DNA of 64,000 nucleotides from Eledone cirrhosa (Eukaryota): contig OZ024743.1 in NCBI GenBank assembly GCA_964016885.1, positions 326,616,001 through 326,680,000 on the forward strand, written 5' to 3'. Shown here piece by piece: positions 1-11,075 of the stretch. Positions within the stretch are counted from its first letter, which is position 1, and every line of letters starts with the position of its first letter. The translations under genes were made by a program, and so were the position numbers. The notes below the pieces were generated by a model. That model was not told the DNA's origin. It searched no databases and was given only the letters and a program-made list of their open reading frames with translations.

Positions 1-519
1 GTGAAGATATATATCACACTCTACTTTGTCTAGTCTAAACAATAACTTCTCCAAACACCCACTTTACTTTTCTTTAAAAATAACACCTACCTAGTTTTAT
101 GTCTGCACTATACTTGGATTTGGGGGCCTCTGTCGTATATATATATGCACTTGTGCGTACATATATATATATACACACCTGTATGGATCTGTGTGTGTGG
201 ATGTGTGTGTGTGTGTGTGTCTGAGGGGGTAGGTGTGAGTGTATGTACAAGTCAACCAACATAGGTCTTTTTATTTCTAAACTCTCTAAGTATTTGACTC
301 TTACCATAATTTTCAGTATTATCATCCCACATAAATTCCACAATTTGTATGTGTGGATGTGTGTGTGTGTGTCTGTGGGGGTGGGTGTGAATGTATGTGC
401 AGGTCAACCAACATTAGTCTTTTTATATGTAAATCTTCTAGTATTCTACTCTAACCATAAATTCCTCAATTTAAGATTGACCTGTAGTATCGAATTTCAT
501 ACTATAAACCCCAATTGAA

Positions 520-860
520 TATATATATGACCAGGAATGCTTTTTGTGAAAATCAGTCATATAGAACTATTGTCATCTTGCCTGATGGTTTGAACTTTAC
601 AACACCACCTGCCTCTTTGAGGTCAAATACCAACCCTACTAGCATCTACAAACTGACCAATGAGAATTAAGACTATTCCTGCTGACAACATTAAATTATT
701 CCTAACAAGCTCATATGTCCCAAGGCTCTGATACCATCAACACTATAAACAGAGCTGGCATATCTAAAAACTGACTAACTGCCTGATGAGGTCATAGCCA
801 CTCAATGGCTATCATCGAAATATATATAGCAGTAAATAAAGGATTATGAGTTCATGTAAT
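520..860 (+). mobile_element. Penelope-like element 3' remnant carrying a hammerhead
   Basis: Decayed reading ...VILPDGLNF at about 572-598 resembles the PLE GIY-YIG C-terminal P.GLN motif. It is followed by a hammerhead (778-833) and AATAAA (835-840). Confidence 0.5.
778..833 (+). ncRNA. Minimal type I hammerhead ribozyme
   Basis: Stem I ACTGC/GCAGT; CTGATGA at 783-789; stem II with ATAGCCA/TGGCTAT; GAAA at 817-820; palindromic stem III ATATATAT; predicted cleavage after A828. Confidence 0.75.
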
Positions 861-889
861 TGACTTATGTTTCGTCACTATATATGTAT

Positions 890-917
<28 letters not shown>

Positions 918-920
<3 letters not shown>

Positions 921-1128
921 AAAGAATTAAACGAAATTTTATTTCTCACTCTTAGTACGGCTGATACTTAAATGTAAGTATGTATGTACACATATGTATA
1001 CAGACGTACAGTAGTAAACCCATACGTACATATATATATATGTGTGTGTGTGCATGTATGTGTATATATACATACTACTGTACGTCTGTATACATATATG
1101 TATGTACGTGTACATACATACTTACATT

Positions 1129-1130
<2 letters not shown>
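918..1130. repeat. Palindromic TA-associated dispersed repeat
   Basis: 968-1016 is inverted at 1073-1130. The 918-1016 arm recurs reverse-complemented at about 23760-23875. Confidence 0.7.
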
Positions 1131-1165
<35 letters not shown>

Positions 1166-1340
1166 AATACAATATCGGAGAAAGGTTTTTAGCGATACTC
1201 CGGCCAAATTCCAACTCACTCAACAAAAATTAGGAAATAAGTGATTATATTCCCAATTATGTGTTCGGGGTGCTAACTATAAGTATTGCGTGGAAAATTG
1301 GCTGTATTATTTCAAATGAGACATATCTAATATATCTCTT

Positions 1341-1467
1341 CCCAGACGGACGTCTCGTTTCATTATAGGACTCCTACAATTTGGGTGAAATTATACCAAT
1401 TTATGTAGGAGCTTGTATACCATCAATAGATATATATTCAAGTGGGCTCCTATAATTCATCAGTGGG
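1341..1467 (-). ncRNA. Type I hammerhead ribozyme with a long stem II insertion
   Basis: Minus strand reads CCCA CTGATGA ATTATAGGA...TCCTATAAT GAAA CGAGACGTCCG TC TGGG: 4-bp stem I, 9-bp stem II and a GUC cleavage triplet. Confidence 0.75.
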
Positions 1468-1730
1468 TGCCCCAATAATACTAATATTGATAATCTAACC
1501 AACATCAGCAATTAGCGATAATCACTTTCTGTGCCTGAGGTATCTGTCAGGTAGCCAGTCCAGTTCTGAATGAAGTGCTCGAACTGATTCAAAAAATGAG
1601 GAAGTGAATTACCGCCAAAAAAAACAATACATGCGCGTGACAATGAGCTCTGAAAGGAATTCAGGCCACGTGCTAAGAACTCAATTGGAAATTGAAAAAA
1701 TATCTATGTGTGTACAACATTTGATGACAC
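1341..1730 (-). mobile_element. Penelope-like element 3' remnant
   Basis: Frameshifted FQLSS.ARGLNSF at about 1650-1700 resembles the PLE C-terminal pattern and lies upstream of the hammerhead on the same strand. Confidence 0.4.
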
Positions 1731-1838
1731 ACACAGATATTTTCTCGGGCAAAATAACAGAATGAGATATAAGGAAGAATCAATATTCATATATAAAAAA
1801 TAAACAAAGAAATGCTAATCTTATACCGGGAATTTACA

Positions 1839-2530
1839 CTAGCGGCCTCCTGGCTTTTTCCCGGTCTGTACTGTGCTCAAATTTATTTATAAGGCGCCTA
1901 TTGGAATCTATCGTAATGCCCATTTTCCTTGATATAAAAGATGTTAAAAGGTATTTAAATATTGCATAGCACAATTTTAAAATTTTATTTAGAATATCTA
2001 AATAAAGAAAGTAATAAAGAAAATAATAGAAAAATGTATTCTGCGAAAATTATAAAATATTTAGAGAACTTCGGTATATGCAATGTTTTTAATTGTTTGG
2101 AGTATATATGAAGAGTTTGTGGAGTCTTCCTGGTCTGGTATAACCTACATACAACTGATCATGTGAGAAATAGCCCTCTTCTAGATGGAGACAGACAACC
2201 TGCAGTGTTTGACCATCAGACTTGTTAATGGTCATTGCGTCACTGACTCTCACTGAGAATTGCAATCGTTTGAAACGAAACGGGGCATCTGTTGGTATTC
2301 TTGGTATAATTACGATATTCCCCTTACCACATCCAGTGAGGATTTTGGTTTCGATAATGTGAGGCTATAGTTCAATCACAACCATACGCGTCCCATTGCA
2401 CAATTATGGCTGATCCAGGTTTCTGAGAAACATGGTGACCGTACCCATCTTCAATTCAAGGTTGGATGGCAGAATACCGGGCGGTTCTAGACTGTTGAGA
2501 AATTGTGATGTTTTTAGGGAAACAGATTGC
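1839..2530 (-). mobile_element. Helitron 3' fragment (PIF1-like helicase pseudogene plus terminus)
   Basis: Decayed frame FLNSLEPPGILPSNLELKMG..FLRNLDQP*LCNGTRM...RFKRLQF..AMTINKSDGQTL...FSHDQLYVG. It ends in a hairpin and CTAG at 1839-1842. Confidence 0.85.
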
Positions 2531-2672
2531 TCTGTCACACAGCCACTCTTCATTGAAATGGTGGATTTCGAAATTGGGGAACACTTGATATAATTAAGTT
2601 TACAACGCTTTCCACAATAGTAGAACATGATGAAGGATCAAAACATCTTTCATTAACAAGAGATCAAGAGAG

Positions 2673-2861
2673 TGGTGGATTGGCTGTATCGGTAGAAGGT
2701 CGGACGCCATGCTTTGCAGCATAGAGTTACGGCTCTTTACGTTCTGAGTTCAAATCCCGCTGAGGTTAACTTTGCATTTCATCCTTACAGGTCGATAAAA
2801 TAAAGTACCAGTAATGCACTGGGTAATTGCTAGCCTTGTGCCAAAAGTAGAAACAATTATC
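2673..2861 (+). mobile_element. tRNA-derived SINE family A (Meta-domain-like core)
   Basis: B-box-like GAGTTCAAATCCC, family core GCCTTTCATCCTTACGGGGTCGATAAAATAAAGTACCAG and an ATT tail. More than 20 copies occur in the window. Confidence 0.85.
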
Positions 2862-2870
2862 AAGAGATTA

Positions 2871-3400
2871 CTTTTCTATAAATTTAAATGGCTAAGAGGG
2901 GCTTATCTGTAACTCCGAGAGTCCCCATCACTCCCAGCTTCCGTTTTCGGAAAAAGAAGTCGTTGGCGAATGAGTCGGATGTCAGATTGATCAAAAACAA
3001 ACGAAAAAACCTAAAAAAGAAAAACATTCCACAAAAGAAATCTCCCAGGCTGAGAAATTCGGAGGGTCAAAACCTACATCCCCACCAGTCTCTACAGCTG
3101 ATATATCAGTCGTGTTGGAAGTTGGCAGCATCGGAACCATTGTTGAGGTATTTGCACACATAATTTATAGGTTCCCCCTCCCCCGTCTCCATTCCGTATT
3201 TTGGGGGGAAAGGCGATTGCAAGCATGCTGGAGGTCACAGTTGAAAACACGAAAAAAGCTAGGAAAAAACTTTTTTTGCGGTACCCAGCGGGTACTTTTC
3301 TATAAATTTTAAAGGCAGAGAGGTGTTTAACTGTAACTCGAAGGGTCTCACTCCACGCCTCCGTTTTGGGGAAAAGGAGTCGTTGGCAGTGAGTCAGAAT
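2871..3400 (+). repeat. Diverged direct repeat of about 105 bp
   Basis: 2871-2980 and 3297-3400 share TTTCTATAAATTT...CTGTAACTC...TCCGTTTT.GG.AAAAG.AGTCGTTGGC..TGAGTC. Confidence 0.6.
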
Positions 3401-3506
3401 AACAACACAACAATCACTTGTCATTATAGTGGAAGTGTTTTATTTTTAAGTCTGTGTTGCGTTGTTGGACATACAGAAACACACACATGCACAGAAATAC
3501 AGAAAC

Positions 3507-3508
<2 letters not shown>

Positions 3509-3598
<90 letters not shown>
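3509..3598. repeat. (GA)n microsatellite
   Basis: Perfect AG run. Confidence 0.95.
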
Positions 3599-3599
<1 letters not shown>

Positions 3600-3896
3600 C
3601 ACGTGACATTTTAGTTAGTGAGAGAGAGGGGTGGATTGAGTGAGAGCTGAAGTAGTATTTCATTCTCTATATATAGATAGATTTCTTTATTTACCATAAA
3701 GGCATAAAAAGAAGGGACAAATACAAAGGGGGAGTTTACATATAATCGAGTAAAAAGGGTGTAACATGAAAATAATCGAAAATAACCTCAAAAGGGAGGG
3801 GACGTGATGGGGGTTGCACACACCCCCGAAAAAGTGTGCAATCCGTTGCCCGGGGAGCACATGGAGAAGGTGCTCCCCTCTCCTTTACTTCTTTAC

Positions 3897-6800
3897 CTAC
3901 AGGATGGTATACAGAGAAGGCCCATTTACACGAGCCATTCTCGCCACTATCACCCACCTTTCATAAAACTGCCTGTGGCCAAGCACCTCTCTCTCCATTC
4001 TTATCCTTCTTCCGAAGTGATATCGGAAGAAGTAGACCAGACTATGGCCAGAGAGGAAGTTGCCTGACCTCAGACCTTTCAATCGTGTCCACCAAACAAC
4101 CTCTTTCAACATGGCTATTACGCACAGAAAAACCGCCTTTGCTTCCTTTGTGAAGAGGGGAGGCGGTTTGATTGTCATCACGGACTCGGCGGTCAATTTA
4201 ATCGGCGCCACCCGCGACAGCAGTTGTTCGGCGTAGCCCCACAGATCAGCCACGCCCGGACATTGCACCAATGCGTGCGCTACGGTTTCTTCGTGACGCA
4301 CGCATCTAGGGCAAATCTTTTTTGAGGGATCCCTGCCCGGGCGCCCGTGTCTGTAGAGCCTCTCTCGAACGGGTAGAGCCCCTCGGTAGCACTGCCAGGC
4401 CAGTGACTTCTGGAAGTTGTCCATTGGTCCTGGGCCGAAAGTCCTACCGAACAGGCTGGCCAGTTCGTCTTCTTCCATGTCCAGCGACTCTCCAAGGGTG
4501 TCATCGCCCCTGCTAGCCACCAGCCCTCTATAGAATGATGAGGTGGATTCTCCACCGATGGCCTGGCCCGCTTGCCAGAGAGCCCTGAGCGCCTGAGCAC
4601 ACTCAGTGTGCCAGTCTCCCAGTTTTCCGGATCTTTGCTTGACCCAGGACTGTAGCTCGGTGAGTGAGACGAGTCTCGGAAAGGCTCGTTTCACGAACGG
4701 AGCCCACACCGGTTGACCAGTGAGGAATACCTGTAGGTGCCGTAGCCTTAATGCGTGCCTACGCATCATCAACCATGGCATCCCCAGCCCTCCTTTCGAA
4801 GGTTGTTGGCAGCAGATGGATCTTCTCACCATAGGAGGACGCTTCTTCCAAAGAAATTGGAAGAGCATGCGTTCCATGGTGGTGAGTGTTTCCTTAGGGC
4901 AAGGCACGACAGTCAGGCGGTAGTAAGTGACGGACGCTATGTAAATGTTCGCCACCTCCGCCCGGCCTTTTAGGGACAGCTTACACTTGGCCCATTTCTG
5001 GGTTAGTGCAAACACCTTGTTCGTAACCTCGTTCCAGTTCTTTTCCACCTGGAGGTCCGGTCCAAACCAGACCCCAAGCAACTTTACCGGGCCCTCCGTC
5101 CAGTGTCCGACGACACCGTCAGGAGGCATCGGTTTGCCTCTCCACGTTCCGAGTTGCAGCCCGATGGATTTTTCCCGGTTCAGTTTCGCTCCTGACAACC
5201 TTTCGTACTCCTCCAGTAAGGTACCGATCGCCTCGATCTCCGAGTCGGTTGATACCATTACTGTTACGTCATCGGCGTAGGCCGACACCGCTTTGCTCAA
5301 TCCTGGTTCCAGGGGGATACCCTGCAACAACTCCAACTTCCTCAGTAAAGGCTCGAGAGTCAATACGTACAGAAGGGAGGAGAGAGGGCACCCCTGTCGA
5401 ATGGATCGTGTGATCTCGAACGGCTTCGAAAGGTTCACCTTGATCCTAGAACAGATGTGGTTGCTATGTAGGGCAGTGATCCAGCCTCTGAAAACAGGAC
5501 CGAACCCAGCCGCCGCTAGCACCGCATCCAGGTAACCATGGTCGACCCTATCGAAGGCCTTAGACTGATCCAAGTTGATCAGGGCCCCACCGAAGCCGGG
5601 TTTGTTGCCAACCCTCTCTATGATGTATCGCATGAGGTGGAGGTTATCGTGAATGGACCTGGATGGGATAGCACATGTCTGCGCATCTCCCACCAGGCCA
5701 CCCACGACAAGCGCCAACCTCTTTGCTAACACCTTGGCCAAAATCTTTAACTCTGTGTTTAGCAGGGTTATGGGCCGAAAATTATTTATACTATCCCCCT
5801 TGTTCTCGTCCTTCCTCACCAGCGTGACTACGCCCTTGGCTACAGAACAAGGAATTCTCCCGTTCTGCTGCCAATTGCAGTAGACCGCTTCGAGGAGTTC
5901 GGAGAAGAAGACCGGCATTGCTAAATAAAGTTCGTAAGGTATACCATCGAGACCTGGAGATTTGCGTCTGCTGCATTGGCTCAGCGCATCTCCGATCTCA
6001 TCAGCCGAGATTGGTCCCTCGCAGGACTCTGCCTCTTTGTTCGAGAGACGCGGCAGGCCGTCGAGGTATGGACCGAAATCCACGCCCCGGCCCGGACCCT
6101 CGCCTCCCCCGAACAATCGGGCAAAGTGCTTTTGAAAGGCCTCGCACATCTGCTTAGGCTCCCGGATCACTCGTCCATCTTCGTCTTGCAACGACCGGAT
6201 GGTGGATCGATTTCCACTCTTAGCTTCTGTCACGCGGGCCCATCCAACGGCTTTGGCCCCCTCATTACCTAGAGCACGTATTTTACTTCGAATGACGCAG
6301 CCTTCATGCTTTGCATCGAAAAACTGGTTCAAGGCCGTCCTCGATGCCAGCACTCTGGCCACATCTTCGCTCTTGATTGCCTCTTCTAATTTACCTGTTA
6401 ATTCTTTCTCGTTTCTATTCCTATCGGCAGCTAACATCTTGCTATAACTTATTGATTCTGTTCTAATCTCTCTTTTGAGAGATGCCCACCATCGGTTGTT
6501 GACGATTGCACCCGTCAACCTCTCCTTAACTAATCTGCTAATCCGGTTTCTGTAAGTCTCTTTTGCCGGTAAAGACAAATTAAGTTTCCAGTAACCGGGA
6601 CCCTGTCTATGTGTTTTCTCGAGATTGACCACGCAGGTCACTAATTTGTGATCCGTGTAGCCAACCGTGCGCATTTCTGGACAGCTTAATATGTCCCTAT
6701 CCTTACTTCTAACTAAGAATCTATCTAAGTACGATCTAGATTGACCACTGTGGTTTCTCCAAGTCCAGGTAGGCACAGTTGGAAAATCTAGTCGATATCT

Positions 6801-7328
6801 ATCGACCAAGTTAAAACGGTCGAGTAACCCCTTGAGGCTGTTACACACCCCTCTATTAGGACATGCTCCTGCATAGTCCCAACGTGCATCCAGGATGTCA
6901 TTCCAATCCCCCGCTAGAAGCAGGGAACGCGACGTTCCCAGAAAAGTCTCCAAACGCTGGAAGAAGTCGGGCCGTTCAGCTCCGAAAGGGGAGTAGACGG
7001 CGACCAGTCTCAAGGCCGCACTTTCACTACTGCCAACGTCTAGCACCAACAAACGACCCTCCGGGTCCGAGTGCACAACCTGTACGGCAAGACCCAGGTG
7101 TTTTTGCAGCAGTACGACAACCCCACCCCCACCTCCAGGTTGACAGAGAGATGCATGCACCTCAAAGTCATCGAAGGTGGGGGCCAGCTGCCGCATGACG
7201 CTGATTCGAGTCTCACAGATAACCATTACATTTATACTACATGACCTGAGGTCATTTAGAAGCTTTGCTTGCTTCCAAGTTGAGCCCAGGCCACGTGCAT
7301 TCAAACATCCTACTCTTAACACATCCAT
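3897..7328 (-). CDS. Tx1 ORF2: APE endonuclease, reverse transcriptase and C-terminal zinc finger (1143 aa)
   Basis: Motifs NARGL, GDWN, TDHK, KSPGLDG, FRPITLLN, DQSKAFDRVDH, RQGCPLS, YADD and CPRC..EETVAHALVQC in one uninterrupted frame. Confidence 0.95.
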   Translation of the reverse strand: MDVLRVGCLNARGLGSTWKQAKLLNDLRSCSINVMVICETRISVMRQLAPTFDDFEVHASLCQPGGGGGVVVLLQKHLGLAVQVVHSDPEGRLLVLDVGSSESAALRLVAVYSPFGAERPDFFQRLETFLGTSRSLLLAGDWNDILDARWDYAGACPNRGVCNSLKGLLDRFNLVDRYRLDFPTVPTWTWRNHSGQSRSYLDRFLVRSKDRDILSCPEMRTVGYTDHKLVTCVVNLEKTHRQGPGYWKLNLSLPAKETYRNRISRLVKERLTGAIVNNRWWASLKREIRTESISYSKMLAADRNRNEKELTGKLEEAIKSEDVARVLASRTALNQFFDAKHEGCVIRSKIRALGNEGAKAVGWARVTEAKSGNRSTIRSLQDEDGRVIREPKQMCEAFQKHFARLFGGGEGPGRGVDFGPYLDGLPRLSNKEAESCEGPISADEIGDALSQCSRRKSPGLDGIPYELYLAMPVFFSELLEAVYCNWQQNGRIPCSVAKGVVTLVRKDENKGDSINNFRPITLLNTELKILAKVLAKRLALVVGGLVGDAQTCAIPSRSIHDNLHLMRYIIERVGNKPGFGGALINLDQSKAFDRVDHGYLDAVLAAAGFGPVFRGWITALHSNHICSRIKVNLSKPFEITRSIRQGCPLSSLLYVLTLEPLLRKLELLQGIPLEPGLSKAVSAYADDVTVMVSTDSEIEAIGTLLEEYERLSGAKLNREKSIGLQLGTWRGKPMPPDGVVGHWTEGPVKLLGVWFGPDLQVEKNWNEVTNKVFALTQKWAKCKLSLKGRAEVANIYIASVTYYRLTVVPCPKETLTTMERMLFQFLWKKRPPMVRRSICCQQPSKGGLGMPWLMMRRHALRLRHLQVFLTGQPVWAPFVKRAFPRLVSLTELQSWVKQRSGKLGDWHTECAQALRALWQAGQAIGGESTSSFYRGLVASRGDDTLGESLDMEEDELASLFGRTFGPGPMDNFQKSLAWQCYRGALPVRERLYRHGRPGRDPSKKICPRCVRHEETVAHALVQCPGVADLWGYAEQLLSRVAPIKLTAESVMTIKPPPLFTKEAKAVFLCVIAMLKEVVWWTRLKGLRSGNFLSGHSLVYFFRYHFGRRIRMEREVLGHRQFYERWVIVARMARVNGPSLYTIL

Positions 7329-7361
7329 GTGGGCGGCAGAGCCAAAGGAGAGTGTAGAGAC

Positions 7362-8924
7362 CTACCTTTCCGCTTCCCGGGGTTCGGGTTGCACGACTTC
7401 CATGGGGTCGGGGGTGTTGGGTGAAGGGGTGTCTTGTGGTGGTGTGGGGTCGTCAGTGTGTGGTGGGGTTGGGGTGTTTGGAGTTGTGTTGGGGAGGGGA
7501 AGGGGAGGGGGAAAGCTTTTTAGTAGGACGCGGTTTATGGGTTTGACAGAGGGTGGTCCTACGTCCTCCTTAAAATCCTTTTTTAGTTTTTGGTAGAGGT
7601 TCATTGGGATTTTTATTAGTTTTAAATGTGGGTGGTTTTCTGACGAAACAAAGTTTACACCTTCGGTTTGTACCGAAGGATTATTGTATATGAGTTCATT
7701 TAATTTATTATTGTTTCTGTTGATGTAAGTATAGTGTAATGTCTTTTTTTCCGATGGTGTGAGTGTTTCGAAGAGGGGAGGGGCAGGTTTGGTTTTGTTT
7801 GTTGCTGGAGGGGTGTTTTCTGTTTTGTTGGATTGTGTTGCGATTTGGGTGGGGGTTGTTTGTCCTTGTGTGTTTTGCACATGTTTTCTTTTTTTCCTTT
7901 TAATCTGTCTGAAGGACTCCGTTTCTTCCTCCGAATTCGTTGGGTTATCTTCAGTGTTGAAGGGAAGAGGTATGTTTGCTGGTAATGTTTCCGTGTTGGT
8001 TTTCTTTGTGGGGGAGATGGATGTCACTATGTTAGACTGTGTTGTGTGTTGTGTCTGCGGTGGTTGTGTTGTTTTATTGAGTGAGAGGTTGGGTGGGCCT
8101 GTATTTTGTTTTGGGGTAATGTGTTGTGACTGTTTGTGTTGTGGTGGTGTTGTGGTTTTACTGAGGGACGGGTTGGGTGGGACTGAGTTTTGTTGTTTGT
8201 TTATCTGTTGTGGTGGTGGTGGTGGAGCTGGTGTTGGTAGCAGGGTTTTCTTTTTGTTGAGTTGGGGACAAGCGGCCTTCAGGTGCCCTCTGCCTGCACA
8301 GATATGGCAGGACGGCCTTCTCCCCTCCACGCTAATGTTTATATACCCGTGGTCCTCTAATAGGATTCTGTCGGGTATTTGGGCGATGCGTTCAGGCTTC
8401 ATTTGTACTACCAGCTCTATACCTGTTCCACTGAACGCATTGCCTGTGGTTTTCCCAATGGAAATCACGTTGTCATTCACTGGATCGATGAAGCCAGCTA
8501 TGAGCCAGCAGTAGTCCACATCTGGCATCATTGCATCCAGCCATATGCGTTGAGTTTTTTTCCCCATATAAGATGGATAAAAGGTGAAATTTTTCGAACG
8601 AATCGGTGACAAAGCACATTTTTTTGCCGCCGATTCGTTCTTCATGATAATTGCTAGGCTTCCATACAGTCTGTCTTTTCTTATGAAAGTTGTTTCATTC
8701 AGTACTTCTGTGAGTACTGTTTTGATATCTGCTTGAGAAGGCTGTTCAGGTTTTTTTGTACTGTTGTTGATGGTCCGAAACTTGACCGTTCGGCTTTCAA
8801 TGTCTTTCGTGAATTCTTGAGGCATTTTTACCAATAAAATACCATTCTCACCTTCACTTATGTATTGTTTGGCGTCCGTGATCCTTCGTACCACATCTGA
8901 AATGTTTTCCGCTATATAAGTCAA
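7362..8924 (-). CDS. Tx1 ORF1 (gag-like, CCHC knuckle), N-terminally truncated
   Basis: CHICAGRGHLKAAC zinc knuckle and a Pro/Thr-rich tail; homologous to 30636-32546. Confidence 0.85.
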   Translation of the reverse strand: MTYIAENISDVVRRITDAKQYISEGENGILLVKMPQEFTKDIESRTVKFRTINNSTKKPEQPSQADIKTVLTEVLNETTFIRKDRLYGSLAIIMKNESAAKKCALSPIRSKNFTFYPSYMGKKTQRIWLDAMMPDVDYCWLIAGFIDPVNDNVISIGKTTGNAFSGTGIELVVQMKPERIAQIPDRILLEDHGYINISVEGRRPSCHICAGRGHLKAACPQLNKKKTLLPTPAPPPPPQQINKQQNSVPPNPSLSKTTTPPQHKQSQHITPKQNTGPPNLSLNKTTQPPQTQHTTQSNIVTSISPTKKTNTETLPANIPLPFNTEDNPTNSEEETESFRQIKRKKRKHVQNTQGQTTPTQIATQSNKTENTPPATNKTKPAPPLFETLTPSEKKTLHYTYINRNNNKLNELIYNNPSVQTEGVNFVSSENHPHLKLIKIPMNLYQKLKKDFKEDVGPPSVKPINRVLLKSFPPPLPLPNTTPNTPTPPHTDDPTPPQDTPSPNTPDPMEVVQPEPREAER

Positions 8925-9329
8925 AGATTTCTTTGTTTTCTGTGCAAATGAAGAGACCGGCAGTACCTTGACGCTAGAAAGAGCAGTAAATTCTCTCCCA
9001 ACACGCCTTCCCCCATTCCCCCGGCGATACGTTCCAGTTACACGTGAAATTAACGTGTAAGCAGCTGATCATTCCACAGACACGTGTACCTCCGATGGGC
9101 TTCAAAACAAATTTCCATCAACCCAATTTTTCTAACAAGGCTTCTGACTTGGGGTTATGATAAATAACATTTTCCCAATATGACACGGGGCGGGATCGAA
9201 TCTGAAACCTATTGATTCCATCCAGCATACCGATTCAACCATAGATATGGCTTTATATTATATTGTTTAATAGCTAATAATATAGTGTGACGGACTTCTG
9301 TCAGTTCCGAAGATGAGTATTCAAGATGA

Positions 9330-9610
9330 TTTGATCAATAAAACAGCTTGCTGTTGAAATTAATGTACAAGTAGCCGAGCATTCCACAGACACGTGTATG
9401 CTTAACGTAGTTCTCAGGGAGATTCGGTGGGTAACAAGGTGTGTCAAGCTGGCTCTTTGAATTACATGCACAACTCATTTTTGCCAGCTAACTGCAGTGG
9501 AGGAACGTTAAATAAAGTGTTTTGCTTAAGGACACAATGCATTGCCAGAAATCAAACTCACGACTTTACTATCGTAAACTGAACACCCTAACCTCTCAGC
9601 CACCCGTCTT
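9330..9610 (-). mobile_element. SINE-like family C
   Basis: Family block ACACGTGTCTGTGGAATGCTC.GC.ACTT..AC.TTAATTTC. Also at about 37320-37600, 42048-42200, 52820-53150, 54960-55090, 56780-57070, 57530-57660, 58650-58795, 60975-61210 and 62480-62640. Confidence 0.7.
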
Positions 9611-9646
9611 TACAGTAACATCTACAAACCAATCAATCTTCTAAAA

Positions 9647-10283
9647 CAGAGGTTCACAAAGTGGATGCTACACCCTCACCCACCCACCCCTACCCGCGAG
9701 GAGTGGGGGCTTGAGAAGTTCCGGGGACGTTGGGGCATAAGGGAGCGGTCGAGATGATATGGTACATTAGATATCAAATGATACATATTATATATAAATA
9801 TAGTAAAATAAAAAATATTTTATTTTTATTTATACATAGTATATATTATATTATTTCGTTTCTGAATTTGTTTTGCAAGATTCTTTATCTGAAAACGTGT
9901 GTTGAAACCGATATTGTTATACTTTGGGAGGGTCATGTTGCCAATAAGAAACACACGCACCAGTTGCTTTCACTTCAATTTATTATAAATTAAATTTATA
10001 AATTTATGAATTTATAAATTTCCGATTGGTTGGTTGGTTCCACAACCAGATGATTGTTCATATATTGTCAAAGTTCTTTCGTCACACATTCTGTGACCTC
10101 TTCATTGACTGGGGATTATATTATTTATTATATATAAATTAACGATTTTATTTATTATATATTATTTATAATTTGCATGTAGGCAGGTCTCTCTGGAAAT
10201 AGTGGCGGGGGGCGTTGAGGATATTACGTAGCCGTGAGGGGGGGGGGGGGGGGGGGGGGGGGCAAAAAGTTTGGGAACCTCTA
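9647..10283. mobile_element. Non-autonomous hAT (Buster/Charlie-type) element
   Basis: Imperfect TIRs CAGAGGTTCACAAA / TTTGGGAACCTCTA. 8-bp TSD TTCTAAAA at 9639-9646 and 10284-10291. Confidence 0.85.
9850..10120 (-). mobile_element. PLE-like terminal repeat unit with a decayed hammerhead-like motif, nested in the hAT MITE
   Basis: Near-identical to the arms at 22643-22845 and to 23136-23397 inverted. Confidence 0.7.
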
Positions 10284-10425
10284 TTCTAAAACATTGACTT
10301 AACGACTTAGGTGAAATAATTTCCGTGAATTGAGAATCGAAACTGCTTCGCAGGTCGATTCTTTAGAGTCTTTACTTGTTGCTGTATGATGTCAACTACA
10401 ACAACGTTCATTATTTCATATTAAT

Positions 10426-10614
10426 TCGGTGGATTGACAGTATCGGTAGAGGGTCGGACGCCATGCTTTCCAGCACAGTTACGTCCCTTTACGATCTGAG
10501 TTCAAATCCCGCCGAGGTTGACTTTGCCTTTCATCCTTACAGGATCGATAAAATAAAGTACCAGCAATGCACTGGATAATTGCTGGCCTTGTGCCAAAAG
10601 TAGAAACAATTATT
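10426..10614 (+). mobile_element. SINE family A
   Basis: Same consensus as 2673-2861; flanked by ATTATTTCATA on both sides. Confidence 0.85.
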
Positions 10615-11075
10615 TCATAAAGACATTTGGTAATCTGAACCATAATATACCATATTGATTCAAGTAAATCTCTTCAGTCTGATTAATATATTTATCTGAT
10701 AATATTCCCTGCCTTAATTAATCCGTCATAAAACAAATGAATTGATAAATAACTTAAATATCTCAATTAAATGTCATAATCCTGTTTTGTCTCTGATATG
10801 ATTTCGACATATGCTTCAAAGAACATTCTTAAGTCATCAAGCATAGATATTCTCTCTTCTTTTCAGGGAGATTCAAACAGTTTACTTTAGTTACTTTCTT
10901 CAAAATTTCAAAATCTACAAAATACAGGATTAGCTGATTTTAGGTTTCCCGTAGATATTAATGAGATAAAAATAAATGAGTCGACTTCCATCGAAAATCA
11001 AAACTATCTTGTATGTTTGTCTCGTTTGAAGTTTACATTTTACACACTGTGACAATCACCATGAATATTTTCAAA

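Larger units (their letters stand above)
3680..8955 (-). mobile_element. Tx1-clade (L1 group) non-LTR retrotransposon, copy 1, 5'-truncated
   Basis: ORF1 plus ORF2 and a 3' UTR ending GGTAAATAAAGAAAT. ORF1 homology to copy 2 (FAQ.KK) stops near 8950, and no ATG or TSD is seen. Confidence 0.92.

Noticed and set aside
2673-2861. tRNA genes at GAGTTCAAATCCC motifs
   Set aside because: No cloverleaf can be formed; these are SINE heads.
3660-3700. Shared target site for all Tx1 copies
   Set aside because: The 3' flanks of copy 1, copy 2 and the 38.2-kb fragment differ, and copy 1 shows no TSD.
7759-8514. 251-aa antisense ORF and other ORFs overlapping the LINEs
   Set aside because: These are shadows of the compositionally biased sense ORFs.
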